DNA of 64,000 nt from an uncultured virus (IMG/VR IMGVR_UViG_3300035184_001342) (lineage: Duplodnaviria; Heunggongvirae; Uroviricota; Caudoviricetes), in the IMG/VR virus record IMGVR_UViG_3300035184_001342; one strand, 5' to 3'. How positions within the stretch are numbered: the first letter of the stretch is position 1; each line of letters opens with the position of its first letter. A program made the position numbers and the translations under genes. Positions 37,430-46,819 of this stretch are shown here, in pieces. A model generated the notes under the pieces. It ran no database searches and was not told the DNA's origin. It saw nothing but the letters and a program-made list of their open reading frames with translations.

Positions 37430-38808
37430 AGTTCTTCCTGTGTTAATTTCCAAAAGTTTTCTAATTCTGGAAATGATTCTATAATATTTGTGTTTCTTCT
37501 ACGATCGTGTTCTGTAAACCAATTATAAAAGTTTTTACGTGCTTGCTTTAATGCAACACTATCGTAATGCGTTGTTCGCATATACTCTACAACACGTTTA
37601 AATTTTTCGTATTCTAAAGTTGTAAATTTGGTGCGATCGGCATTGTCCATATTGTTTTCGATGAACTGTAAATGCCTTTCCATATACGGTATAAATTCTT
37701 CTTTAGGTAAAATATTCATATCATATATAGTAGGTTCTTTTAAATGCGGAGTATCAAATCTTACACGCTGCCATTGTGTTGAATTTTGATCTCCGTTATA
37801 CTTTTTTCGCCACTCTAGTATTTTAGCAAGTAAAGTATCAAAACTTGTAACACTAAACAAGTTAAACGTAATCATAAACGTTACGGGCCAGCCTGTATTA
37901 GAAAGATAATAGTCTAAGTTTTTTTCCCAAAGGTTAATATCTAAACCTGTTCGTGTGTATTCAGCTCTTCCTGTCCAAGTATCAATACTAGTGTATAATT
38001 TAAAACTTTTAATTTTACCATCTGCTTTTAATTTCTTAACTGCACTAACAAGTTTTTCTACTAGTTTAGGCTTAACGCCCATATTACTATTAATTTCAAT
38101 CTGTAGATGTGGCTTAGGGTCTTTATCTAATCGTTCAAATAATTCCCAAGTACTTTTGTGCATAAGAGGCTCGCCGCCAGTAATACGTAAAATGTTTAAT
38201 GTTTTACTAACTTCAGGCCACCATTCCCACCAGGCTTTTACATAAGGATTATCATCTTCCTTTTGATAAATTTCAAACCAATCTATGTCTTGTCTATGGT
38301 CGGTTGAGGTTTTGTACGGGCCGTGTTGTTTGATTTCGTTGTAGTATCTACTCGAGGCTTTTGGATGACAGTAACCGCACTTAAAGTTACATTCGTTCGA
38401 GAAGCTAATTTCGATATATTCAGGGTTGATGTCATAATTGAATCCGTTTTCTTTAATTTCTGTGAGTCGTTCTGGAGTATAGATACTCGCAGTTTTAATG
38501 TGTCTATCACTAACGAAATCTTTACCCATTGCTTCAATCTTCCAGCAATAGTTGCATCCGCTAGGCTTTTCGCCTTTAATCATTTGCCTACGTTGTTCTT
38601 TTTTTTCTTTTGTATTATGTAATGCACTAGGGTTGTTTTTAATTTCTTCCAGCGGAATTTTATGAGGTGCTGGATGATAACAACTGTGCGTTTCGCCTGT
38701 TGCAAGATAGATAGTTGTATGATGCCATTTAGCCATACAGAATGTGGGACTGATTGTTGCGTCAGTAATTGGAATAATGTTCTTAATTTTTTCTAGTTCA
38801 TTATTCAT
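37426..38808 (-). CDS. radical SAM protein with N-terminal Twitch/SPASM-like domain
   Basis: FCMAKW..HSCYH..CNYC, CNFKCGYC and ITGGEPL. Confidence 0.88.
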   Translation of the reverse strand: MNNELEKIKNIIPITDATISPTFCMAKWHHTTIYLATGETHSCYHPAPHKIPLEEIKNNPSALHNTKEKKEQRRQMIKGEKPSGCNYCWKIEAMGKDFVSDRHIKTASIYTPERLTEIKENGFNYDINPEYIEISFSNECNFKCGYCHPKASSRYYNEIKQHGPYKTSTDHRQDIDWFEIYQKEDDNPYVKAWWEWWPEVSKTLNILRITGGEPLMHKSTWELFERLDKDPKPHLQIEINSNMGVKPKLVEKLVSAVKKLKADGKIKSFKLYTSIDTWTGRAEYTRTGLDINLWEKNLDYYLSNTGWPVTFMITFNLFSVTSFDTLLAKILEWRKKYNGDQNSTQWQRVRFDTPHLKEPTIYDMNILPKEEFIPYMERHLQFIENNMDNADRTKFTTLEYEKFKRVVEYMRTTHYDSVALKQARKNFYNWFTEHDRRRNTNIIESFPELENFWKLTQEEL

Positions 38809-39698
38809 TTTTTCTTCCTAATTACTCTTGGAGTATTGTGATATAAAGATTTAAAGAAATGACTGCCATTTGCATCTAATTCAGCAATTTCTAATCCAAG
38901 GTTTGATCTTAACTTGTTGCCGTAATCTTCAATTGCTTCTAATAAATCGCTTTCGTCTTGTACTTTGTCTTTCCAATATGAATTAAGCCATTTAAAATCA
39001 CGCACTTCTGCATAGTCCCAGTCTGTACACATAGTTTTGTACAAGCCTTCACGAGCACCATACATACTCCATAGTCCATTTTCTACATCGGCACCAACTG
39101 AGCACCAAATACGCAAACGATCAAAGTTTTGAAACCACGTTTTTCTAATATCACTAACTTTAGCGCCTTGATCTAAACTCATTTTAACACCTTCTCTAAA
39201 ACCTGCTCTCCAAGCCTGCCAAGGTGTTGCGTTAGTATAGGAAACACTGTAGTTTTCATTAAACTGATGATACTTGTCATCAAAACAAAATTCTACTTTG
39301 CCTCTTTCATCGCCATCTTCCGAATGTTCGTGTGTTTTCATATTGTGTACAAACTTACGTGTCCACATTTTTAGTCCACCGTTGCCGTACATTAGTTCGT
39401 TAACGTGTACTTTGCCGCACCAACTAAAAACGTGCTCCGGTGATAGTTCTAATTGTTCGTAATCAACTTCTACATTTAAAAACTCTTGGTCCACAATGTT
39501 ATCTGCATCAACAGTAATAAAATATTCTGTTTCACTTAGGTCAGCACAGGCTTTATGTGCTGCATCTGATCCTTCTACTCCGTGTACACGTTTTGCCCAC
39601 GGTACTTTTGCACACAAATCTGCGTAATTTTTTTCTGCGTTAGGCTCGTCATATGACAAAAAGATAATATCTTGATCTACTATTCTAATTTTACTCAT
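38805..39698 (-). CDS. GT-A fold glycosyltransferase-like protein
   Basis: DIIFLSYDE, ITVDAD, YGNGGLK and WRAGFREG. Confidence 0.7.
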   Translation of the reverse strand: MSKIRIVDQDIIFLSYDEPNAEKNYADLCAKVPWAKRVHGVEGSDAAHKACADLSETEYFITVDADNIVDQEFLNVEVDYEQLELSPEHVFSWCGKVHVNELMYGNGGLKMWTRKFVHNMKTHEHSEDGDERGKVEFCFDDKYHQFNENYSVSYTNATPWQAWRAGFREGVKMSLDQGAKVSDIRKTWFQNFDRLRIWCSVGADVENGLWSMYGAREGLYKTMCTDWDYAEVRDFKWLNSYWKDKVQDESDLLEAIEDYGNKLRSNLGLEIAELDANGSHFFKSLYHNTPRVIRKKK

Positions 39699-40266
39699 TA
39701 ACAATCCTCGTTAGTTGATAAGTGTCAAATCTTCTCGACGTGTAAACACTTATAGGCACACTCGTTGTTTCAAACGGCATATCAAATGGTACTATACAGT
39801 AATTATCAGAGACCGTCTGGCCTATATGCACATTAAGAGTTTTGTACAATATGTTAGGGTCACCTTTCTTAGTAATACTAAACAAAAATCTAGCATTTAA
39901 ATTAATGCCTTTATTTTTAATGTTAGATTTTAAAGAATCACCTAGTTTTATTTTCCAACAAGAATTAGGTATATCTTGTATTACTTGAACATCAGCGTCA
40001 TCAATACTATCTTGTGGTAACTCGTAAATAAAATCTTTAACTGTTGTTGAATCTAAAGTAAATTCGTGCTTTGACTGAAACTCAAGTTCTTTTGTTTTTG
40101 GATTATACTGTACGTGATAATTAGTTGCTCGTTCATCGCCTGTAATAATTGTAAGTACATCAACTAACGGTACTTGAATATAGCTATCAGTTTCAGATGC
40201 TTCGTTACCAACACTGATAATTGCTCCTGAGTCTTTGTTAAAGATTACGTATGCTAATTTTGACAT
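39691..40266 (-). CDS. hypothetical protein
   Basis: 191 aa ORF coupled to both neighbours. Confidence 0.8.
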   Translation of the reverse strand: MSKLAYVIFNKDSGAIISVGNEASETDSYIQVPLVDVLTIITGDERATNYHVQYNPKTKELEFQSKHEFTLDSTTVKDFIYELPQDSIDDADVQVIQDIPNSCWKIKLGDSLKSNIKNKGINLNARFLFSITKKGDPNILYKTLNVHIGQTVSDNYCIVPFDMPFETTSVPISVYTSRRFDTYQLTRIVNE

Positions 40267-41081
40267 TGTTCATACTTCCTAATTATAGCATCTGTTACAA
40301 AATCATTTTCTGTATAATGAAAAACAGTATCTTGTAAATGGTTACCAACTTTTAGCGTTACATCATCTGCAATATAACTACCAACTCTGTCTTGCCACGA
40401 ACTAGTTTCATTTAGCCAGTTTTGTATTGCAGGCTTCATATGCACAATCATTGGCAGATCTAATGTAGCATTTGTGAACTGTGTATCAATGTTCATAATT
40501 TTGGCTGCAATAGCTGCTGTAATATCCATACTAGGTTGTTTAGGATAAAATTCTTGACAAAAGTTGCCGTAAAATAATTCCCAGTTGTTACAGATAAGCT
40601 CTACCCACGTATAATACTCTTTACATAAGTCGCATTTTTTAAAGTAATGCAAAGTATTATATACACTAGGTAAGTTATTTTTTACAAATGCTTTTCTATA
40701 AAAGCTATTAGTAATTAATTCTTTTCTATATGTAAACACTCTTGAAGGATAATATAAATCATAGTTTTTCATTAAACTCCAAAATGCTTCTAGGTCTTGT
40801 TGCACTAATACATCACTGTCTAAAACAATAGTTTCGTCATATGGAGTTGCGTGATAGTTTTTCCACCTGTGTTCTGTTTGAAATCTACTAGTTGTTTCCT
40901 TATACCAAGGAATATCAACTACTTTATCAAATACTTTTTTGTATTTTGCTGATAATTTGTCGTTTGTGACAATACTAACAGGATATTTGTTTCCTGAAGC
41001 ACGAATACTTAACGCACAAAGATATGCTTGTGTTACAAACTCTTTGCCCGAAGCATAAATTAAAAAACCTTTACTGCTCAT
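40254..41081 (-). CDS. GT-A fold glycosyltransferase-like protein (GT8-like)
   Basis: GFLIYA..QAYLCALSI, TPYDETIVLDSD and VHMK. Confidence 0.7.
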   Translation of the reverse strand: MSSKGFLIYASGKEFVTQAYLCALSIRASGNKYPVSIVTNDKLSAKYKKVFDKVVDIPWYKETTSRFQTEHRWKNYHATPYDETIVLDSDVLVQQDLEAFWSLMKNYDLYYPSRVFTYRKELITNSFYRKAFVKNNLPSVYNTLHYFKKCDLCKEYYTWVELICNNWELFYGNFCQEFYPKQPSMDITAAIAAKIMNIDTQFTNATLDLPMIVHMKPAIQNWLNETSSWQDRVGSYIADDVTLKVGNHLQDTVFHYTENDFVTDAIIRKYEQCQN

Positions 41082-41961
41082 CAATACACCTATTCAAACT
41101 AAACTTATTCATTACGTGTACATTTGCATTTTTAATACGCAATGGAGTATATTCGCCTTTGTATAATTCTTTTTCTAACAATAGTAACAGCTCGTCTTTA
41201 CCTAATTCCCATAAAATGCTTTTATCAGTAGTATAATACAATACTCCTGGCATTGGCTTTGCAAAATCACCAGTTTGATAACCATTCATAATATGAATAG
41301 CGATTGCAAAACTATAATCATTTCGATAGTAAGGAGTATTAATCTGAAATATGTTATTATAGTGCTGCCAGTTTTCTTGTATATGTTGTAGTAAATTAAA
41401 AAATAATTTATTAGCAGGAGATTTTCTAAAAAATACACACGTTGCCCAATAAAAATCTACACTAGTGTCTGAAATTCTATCAAATACACCTGCTCTATTA
41501 ATGTCTGCAAGATCGTATGAAGTTCTGTATATCAAAAAATTGTGTGATTGATTGAAACATTGCTTAAAAACATCATTACATATCACAACATCAGTATCTA
41601 GGATTAAAGTTTCGTCATATGGTGATACATCATATGCTAATGTTCTTGTTTCATTTTTAAATTGAAGTTTTTTCTCAATAACAGTTCCATCATAAAATGT
41701 TCTAATTTTATGATCTTCGTGATTTGATAAAGTTGTATTTTCTGTTAGGTCAGATTCTTTCCAAACAATACTAATAATTTTGTCAAATACATCTTCTGCA
41801 TCAGGGTATGTTGACAATAAGTATTCTGTGCTATCAGTAACTATACTTGTAGGCACATCTAAATACTCTCTCGCTCTTTTTGCAAGAAAGTATGCTTGTT
41901 TACAATAATCTATTTGGGCATTATTTCTAGCAAAAACTAGTATACCTTTATTTGTATTCAA
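41071..41961 (-). CDS. GT-A fold glycosyltransferase-like protein (paralog of 40254-41081)
   Basis: GILVFA..QAYFLA, SPYDETLILDTD, RNDY and HVMNK. TTG start. Confidence 0.7.
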   Translation of the reverse strand: MNTNKGILVFARNNAQIDYCKQAYFLAKRAREYLDVPTSIVTDSTEYLLSTYPDAEDVFDKIISIVWKESDLTENTTLSNHEDHKIRTFYDGTVIEKKLQFKNETRTLAYDVSPYDETLILDTDVVICNDVFKQCFNQSHNFLIYRTSYDLADINRAGVFDRISDTSVDFYWATCVFFRKSPANKLFFNLLQHIQENWQHYNNIFQINTPYYRNDYSFAIAIHIMNGYQTGDFAKPMPGVLYYTTDKSILWELGKDELLLLLEKELYKGEYTPLRIKNANVHVMNKFSLNRCIDEQ

Positions 41962-42301
41962 CTAGTTTCTCCACACTCCTGTTCTTACGTAACTTTTCAT
42001 ACTCAGCGTGATATTCATTTGCAGCAGTAAAATAAGTGTTTAATATTTCAGATTGGAAGTCTGCTAGGTCTTTGACCATAATAGGAGTTTCATTATCGTC
42101 AACTAATACAATGTCTTCATCATTACCTTGCTCAACAAGCATACTAACAAAAGTCATTAATTGTTTATTGACTGTAAATTGACCGCCTAGATGATAAAAT
42201 ACTGTTTGTTCTCTAAATTTTTCTTTAAGTACACGCTTTTGACTGTTAAGCGTAACCATATAGTTTGAAAAGTCTAATGCTTTTTCTAATCTTTCGTCCA
42301 T
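41948..42301 (-). CDS. hypothetical phage protein
   Basis: 117 aa ORF with a GAGG RBS. Confidence 0.8.
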   Translation of the reverse strand: MDERLEKALDFSNYMVTLNSQKRVLKEKFREQTVFYHLGGQFTVNKQLMTFVSMLVEQGNDEDIVLVDDNETPIMVKDLADFQSEILNTYFTAANEYHAEYEKLRKNRSVEKLVEYK

Positions 42302-42325
42302 AAGAAACCTCTATTCATTTATAAT

Positions 42326-42354
42326 AGTATATATGAATATCGGTGTTATGTCAA
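42326..42354 (-). promoter_or_regulatory. sigma70-type promoter
   Basis: Minus strand reads TTGACA-17 nt-TATACT. TAAATA (42359-42364) and TAAGTA (42374-42379) lie just upstream. Confidence 0.75.
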
Positions 42355-42376
42355 GTGTTATTTAGAAATAATTTAC

Positions 42377-43360
42377 TTAGAAGTCGTCTGTTATCGATAC
42401 AGCAGGAGTCGGTGCAGGATAAGCAATATTAGATCCTGTTGCACGTCTCATAGCAAAAGTTCCTGTAATATCTAGAGTAACGTCTTCATCTGTTAATGGT
42501 CCAAATGGTGGTGGTGGACTTGGGTCTGGTCTGTCACCTGCATCATCGTCTACAAGTGTTACTTTAAATTCAAACGTAGAAACACTAGTTATTCTTGCTT
42601 CAACTTTCCAGTAGTTTTCTGCGTATACTGCGGCAGTACCTACTTTCTTAAATATTTCTTGATATGATGATGACATCGCGTCGTTACCAATTGAACTTAA
42701 TGTAACGCCATTGTTTGATCCGCTAATAGTTGTATAATTATAACCCATTCGTATCTGTCCTGGGTTTGATAGGATTGATGACCAATCACTATCTTTTGAT
42801 CCTGTACCATTTGCTCCCGCTACGCTTATTCTAAGTTCGCCGCCGGAGTTAAAAAAGTATCTTCGGTTATTTGCATTGCCAAAACTTACTCGAAATGTAG
42901 CAGAAATTGTTCCGTTCCACGATGTTGTTATTGTAGTGCCAGCAATATCAGCTACAGTTTGTTCGCCACTGTCAATATCAAAACGGTTAGTTTCAAGTTC
43001 AGTCATTTTTGACAAATAATCATTAAATCCGCCATTAGCTATTGATCCGCTAATAGTATAATTGTTTGAGTTGTCAAATGTAACACCAGTTCCGCTTGCG
43101 TCTGCACCAATAATATTACCTACTGCTATATTAGCTAATGGAATATTGTCGCCTGTTTGGTGTGTCCAACATTTGCCCATATCAGAGCGTAGATTATCCA
43201 TTTGACCAGCTGTTACAGAGTCACCTGCAGTTACTTGATCGCTTGATACAGAGTTACCATATCCAAAGTCTCCGGAACCAGTTCCAAGTACTTGTTCAAT
43301 TCTACTTTGCAAACCATTATATTGGGCTGCGGTAATGTTGTCGCCATCGTTAACTGCCAT
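42377..43360 (-). CDS. virion structural protein (tail/baseplate-associated)
   Basis: G/S/T/N/D-rich 327 aa protein in the tail module with a GAGGT RBS. Confidence 0.65.
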   Translation of the reverse strand: MAVNDGDNITAAQYNGLQSRIEQVLGTGSGDFGYGNSVSSDQVTAGDSVTAGQMDNLRSDMGKCWTHQTGDNIPLANIAVGNIIGADASGTGVTFDNSNNYTISGSIANGGFNDYLSKMTELETNRFDIDSGEQTVADIAGTTITTSWNGTISATFRVSFGNANNRRYFFNSGGELRISVAGANGTGSKDSDWSSILSNPGQIRMGYNYTTISGSNNGVTLSSIGNDAMSSSYQEIFKKVGTAAVYAENYWKVEARITSVSTFEFKVTLVDDDAGDRPDPSPPPPFGPLTDEDVTLDITGTFAMRRATGSNIAYPAPTPAVSITDDF

Positions 43361-43389
43361 TTTTTGTACCTCTTAATTATATACGTAGT

Positions 43390-43397
43390 TATTTATA
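43390..43397 (-). promoter_or_regulatory. T4-like late promoter TATAAATA
   Basis: Exact TATAAATA on the minus strand, overlapping the TAA stop of the upstream gene. Confidence 0.65.
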
Positions 43398-44913
43398 CTT
43401 TTAGAACGCACTCAACTAATTTTTCTTCTTCGTGCATATCACTTGCTAAAGCGATTCCAACCAGTGTTCCGCCGTTAATAATTGTGCTTGCACAACCGTC
43501 ATTGTGTACGTATACTGCTTGTCCTTTTTTAACTGGTCCTGTAACACGAACTGGAACTCTGCCTTTAAGAGCAATTGCCTGTCCGCCTTCTAAACCTTCA
43601 TTCATAATAAGTGCTGGGGCTGTTGAAACAACTCCCATTGCAATATCACCAATATTAGCTTCTTCTACTTCAACATTGTCTTTATCACTGACTGCAACTA
43701 CTGTACCAGGTATTAAGTCTCCTGATGTTATGTATTTCTCTGCTAAGTCAGCAAATTTAGCTGTTAGTGCAATACCTCTAAATATTCCAGCACGTAAATC
43801 GCCACTAGCGTCACGTACAGCAATAGTATTTGGAGTTGCTGCAATATCACCTTGTCTATTGTTACCATTAACAACTAGCGCGGATGCCTTTTCTGATGTA
43901 CCAATAAAGTTAGTTGCGTATACTCTATTCCATCTTGCATTATCTGCGCCAATATCCATTGTTGAAATTGTTACATTGTCTGCTGTAAATGATGGTTCAA
44001 AAGAGTTTGATTTAAGGGCAACTGATCCTGGTGTTTCTGCTGGTCTATTTGAGTCTGCTGTATTAAGAGTCAATGTTTTCATTGTAATAATACTTGCAGT
44101 ATTTTGTAATACTGCTTTGTTGTCGTCTTCAATAAAGCCACGGAAATCATTTGAGTCACCAATTGCTATACCTGCGTCTGCAAATTCTACTAAATTTGTA
44201 AATGTTGTTGCAGCACCTGGGGAAGAAGTAACATAGTTACTTGCATCAATACCGTTAAGTTTTTTCGCATTTGATACTGTACCCCAAAAAATGTGGTCAG
44301 TTGATGTAATACCATTAGTTGATGCCAGTGTGTTAATAAGTGTAATACCTTTTTTAACAACATCAAATCCAGGAATTCTATTTTCTGCATCTGCACTATC
44401 AATAACAAATTCTTCATTTGAAATAACGTGTAATACAGTGTCATTAACAACAGAAACAATGACTGAGTGGGTTACGTTTGAAGTATCACGTACTGAACGT
44501 GATTGCATTTGGGTTACGCCGTCGCCAGCATCTTGTGGACCTACTAATACAAAGTCTGATCCGTTATAAGCATATAATTGTTCGTTTGATGTGTCCCACC
44601 AAAAATCACCTTGTGTGAGTCCTGCTGGGGCAGTAGGAAGTACTTCGGCGCCGCCTGTTGTACGCCATTTGCTGCCGTCATAAAATTTTAATTTACTTTG
44701 TCCACTGTCAAACCAAATTTGCCCTGAAATTGCTTTTGGTGGTGCAGTTGAACCGCTGAAGTTTTCTAGTAAGAAAACAAAGTTTTCGTTTTGTATCTCA
44801 CCGTAGCCCGCATAGTTCTTACCGACTAACTTAATGTCAGTGGTTTGATCTAAAGTTCCGTCCTCAACTACTGTTAGGACTGTTCTGTTGTATTTGTCGA
44901 TAGTATATGCCAT
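43393..44913 (-). CDS. tail fibre/baseplate protein with C-terminal intramolecular-chaperone (peptidase G2-like) domain
   Basis: Shared N-terminal GKNYAGYGE..ENF..GQIWFD module. C-terminus reads ADLAEKY..GVVSTAP..IALKGRVPVRV. Confidence 0.7.
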   Translation of the reverse strand: MAYTIDKYNRTVLTVVEDGTLDQTTDIKLVGKNYAGYGEIQNENFVFLLENFSGSTAPPKAISGQIWFDSGQSKLKFYDGSKWRTTGGAEVLPTAPAGLTQGDFWWDTSNEQLYAYNGSDFVLVGPQDAGDGVTQMQSRSVRDTSNVTHSVIVSVVNDTVLHVISNEEFVIDSADAENRIPGFDVVKKGITLINTLASTNGITSTDHIFWGTVSNAKKLNGIDASNYVTSSPGAATTFTNLVEFADAGIAIGDSNDFRGFIEDDNKAVLQNTASIITMKTLTLNTADSNRPAETPGSVALKSNSFEPSFTADNVTISTMDIGADNARWNRVYATNFIGTSEKASALVVNGNNRQGDIAATPNTIAVRDASGDLRAGIFRGIALTAKFADLAEKYITSGDLIPGTVVAVSDKDNVEVEEANIGDIAMGVVSTAPALIMNEGLEGGQAIALKGRVPVRVTGPVKKGQAVYVHNDGCASTIINGGTLVGIALASDMHEEEKLVECVLKV

Positions 44914-44939
44914 ACTTGTTTAACCCCTGTTTATTGTAA

Positions 44940-44947
44940 TATTTATC
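44940..44947 (-). promoter_or_regulatory. putative late-type promoter GATAAATA
   Basis: Intergenic GATAAATA, followed by an AGGGG RBS before the ATG at 44913. Confidence 0.6.
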
Positions 44948-44960
44948 GCTTTTGCAAATA

Positions 44961-46817
44961 TTATGCTGTACTGACCCAAGTCCATACTCCTCCTGACACT
45001 TGAAGCGTCATAGTTTGTCTTGTTGGTGTTAAATTAGCATTAGCATTTACTGGACTAAAGTTAACATCTTGTACCACAGATTGCGCTGATGAATCGTCTG
45101 ACAATACTGACAAATAACTCTTACTCATTGCACTCTGCACATCAATACCTGTTACTTGCACGTTTGTATATGAAGTACAGGAAATTCTTGCTTGCGTTCC
45201 GTTAGTTTTTTCTGCTGCTGGAAATAGTGTTTGTATAATTGTAATCACATCATTATATGGATTACCGGCTGTTGGTAATGTTAATCCAGTAGTATCTAAT
45301 GCAAATACTACAGGTTCTGAATTAATTTCTAAATCTACATAATTTTTAGTTGCTGCATCTTGTGCCGCTGTTGGATCGTTAACATCTATAATTTTATTAC
45401 TTGAAACACTAACATCACCTGATGAATCTATAATTAGTCCCGACCCAGTAGTACTAATTGTAGTTCCGTCTAATTCAATATTATCTACTTGTAAATCTAC
45501 AAGTGTTCCAACTTGCGCTAATCCTAATGCGCTTGTAATTCCTGTGCCTAACGCTGTTGCACTTAGTACTTGGTTATCATTAATTTTAAATGAATTACCT
45601 GAAGTTAAATTAAAGTGTATATTAGCATCAAAAGAGTCATTACCGTTATCAAATAATATACTTTTATCACCGTCTGATGATTTTAAAATTATTCCGCCGC
45701 CATCAATATCAACATCTGTGCCAATTGCGCCGTCACCCTGGCCTAATTCAATATTTTTATCTTCTACTTGAATATTAGTTACGTTAACATATGTTGCTTC
45801 ACCGTTTACTGTTAAATCACCATCAATAACTGTATTACCTGTAGTATGTAGTGTTCCTGAAATATCAACTGTATACTGTGGATCGTCAACAAATATGCCA
45901 ATACTACTAGTTTGTGTCTTAATTTTTAATGCATTTGAAAAGCTGTTGCCTGATCTAGTTCTAAATGCAATGTCTGTTCCGCTTTGTTGATTTTCTAGTA
46001 CTGTAGTTGTACCATCAACTTTCAGAGTCATATATTCTGTATCATCAATACCAACACTTAGTCCAGCAGCTTTTTTAATTTTAATACTACCAGTTGTTTC
46101 TCCGTTACCAGTTGTAGGTAAAAAGTCAGCTGATGTAAATGCAACACCGTCTGCGTTAACTAATGATAAAGTTTTTTCAGACGTACCTCTATAAATAAAA
46201 TCTGTATCAACTAAGTTAATACCTTGTCTATATAATTGTCTTGCCGGAACAACAATGTCGTCTGGATCATTTGGAAATCCTGCAATTTTGTTGTCAGCTG
46301 CTAATCTAAATTCTTCTTTTGTAATAACACCAAATAGTGTACCACCAATCCATATTTTAAGTACAACACGCTCACGTGCAGAAATATCAATAACTGATGC
46401 AACTTCAAATCCTGTTTGTCCTTGACCTGCATCATACTCTGGCCCAACTAATACTAAGTCAGTACCATCATAAAAATACATTTTGTTGTTTTCGTTATCA
46501 ATCCATATATCACCAGCAACCATATTAGGTCTTGTATTACTTACAATAGGACCGCCTGCTGTTCTAAATGTAGTTCCGTCGTATAATTTTAGTCTGGCTT
46601 CGCTACTATCGTACCATAATTGTCCTGTAAGTGGATTTCCTGGAACACCAGTTCCAGCAAAGTTCTCCATCATTTTGATAAAGTTTTCGTTAATACTTTC
46701 ACCAAACCCTGAATAATTTTTACCTACTAGTGTTATATCTGTAGTTGTTGTATCAATTATGCCGTCTGCTAACTCTACTAGTAATTCGCCGTCAGTTTTA
46801 TTTAATTTATAACTCAT
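44961..46817 (-). CDS. tail fibre/baseplate structural protein
   Basis: Shared N-terminal GKNYSGFGE..ENF..GQLWYD module and a DPTAAQDAATKNYVD fibre motif. Confidence 0.7.
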   Translation of the reverse strand: MSYKLNKTDGELLVELADGIIDTTTTDITLVGKNYSGFGESINENFIKMMENFAGTGVPGNPLTGQLWYDSSEARLKLYDGTTFRTAGGPIVSNTRPNMVAGDIWIDNENNKMYFYDGTDLVLVGPEYDAGQGQTGFEVASVIDISARERVVLKIWIGGTLFGVITKEEFRLAADNKIAGFPNDPDDIVVPARQLYRQGINLVDTDFIYRGTSEKTLSLVNADGVAFTSADFLPTTGNGETTGSIKIKKAAGLSVGIDDTEYMTLKVDGTTTVLENQQSGTDIAFRTRSGNSFSNALKIKTQTSSIGIFVDDPQYTVDISGTLHTTGNTVIDGDLTVNGEATYVNVTNIQVEDKNIELGQGDGAIGTDVDIDGGGIILKSSDGDKSILFDNGNDSFDANIHFNLTSGNSFKINDNQVLSATALGTGITSALGLAQVGTLVDLQVDNIELDGTTISTTGSGLIIDSSGDVSVSSNKIIDVNDPTAAQDAATKNYVDLEINSEPVVFALDTTGLTLPTAGNPYNDVITIIQTLFPAAEKTNGTQARISCTSYTNVQVTGIDVQSAMSKSYLSVLSDDSSAQSVVQDVNFSPVNANANLTPTRQTMTLQVSGGVWTWVSTA

Positions 46818-46819
46818 TC

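Noticed and set aside
21816..38808. RiPP cluster (rSAM-SPASM plus precursor peptide)
   Set aside because: There is no intergenic space or credible short precursor ORF, and no PqqD/RRE, peptidase or transporter gene in the island.
3819..42301. Cellular (bacterial or archaeal) biosynthetic cluster or assembly chimera
   Set aside because: The island overlaps or abuts phage structural genes and shares their promoter motif, base composition and apparent CATG avoidance.
43292..44236. 314 aa plus-strand ORF
   Set aside because: Antisense shadow of the tail-fibre gene 43393-44913, with no RBS or motif. The same applies to 3002-3385, 47532-48017 and the other short antisense or nested ORFs in the track.
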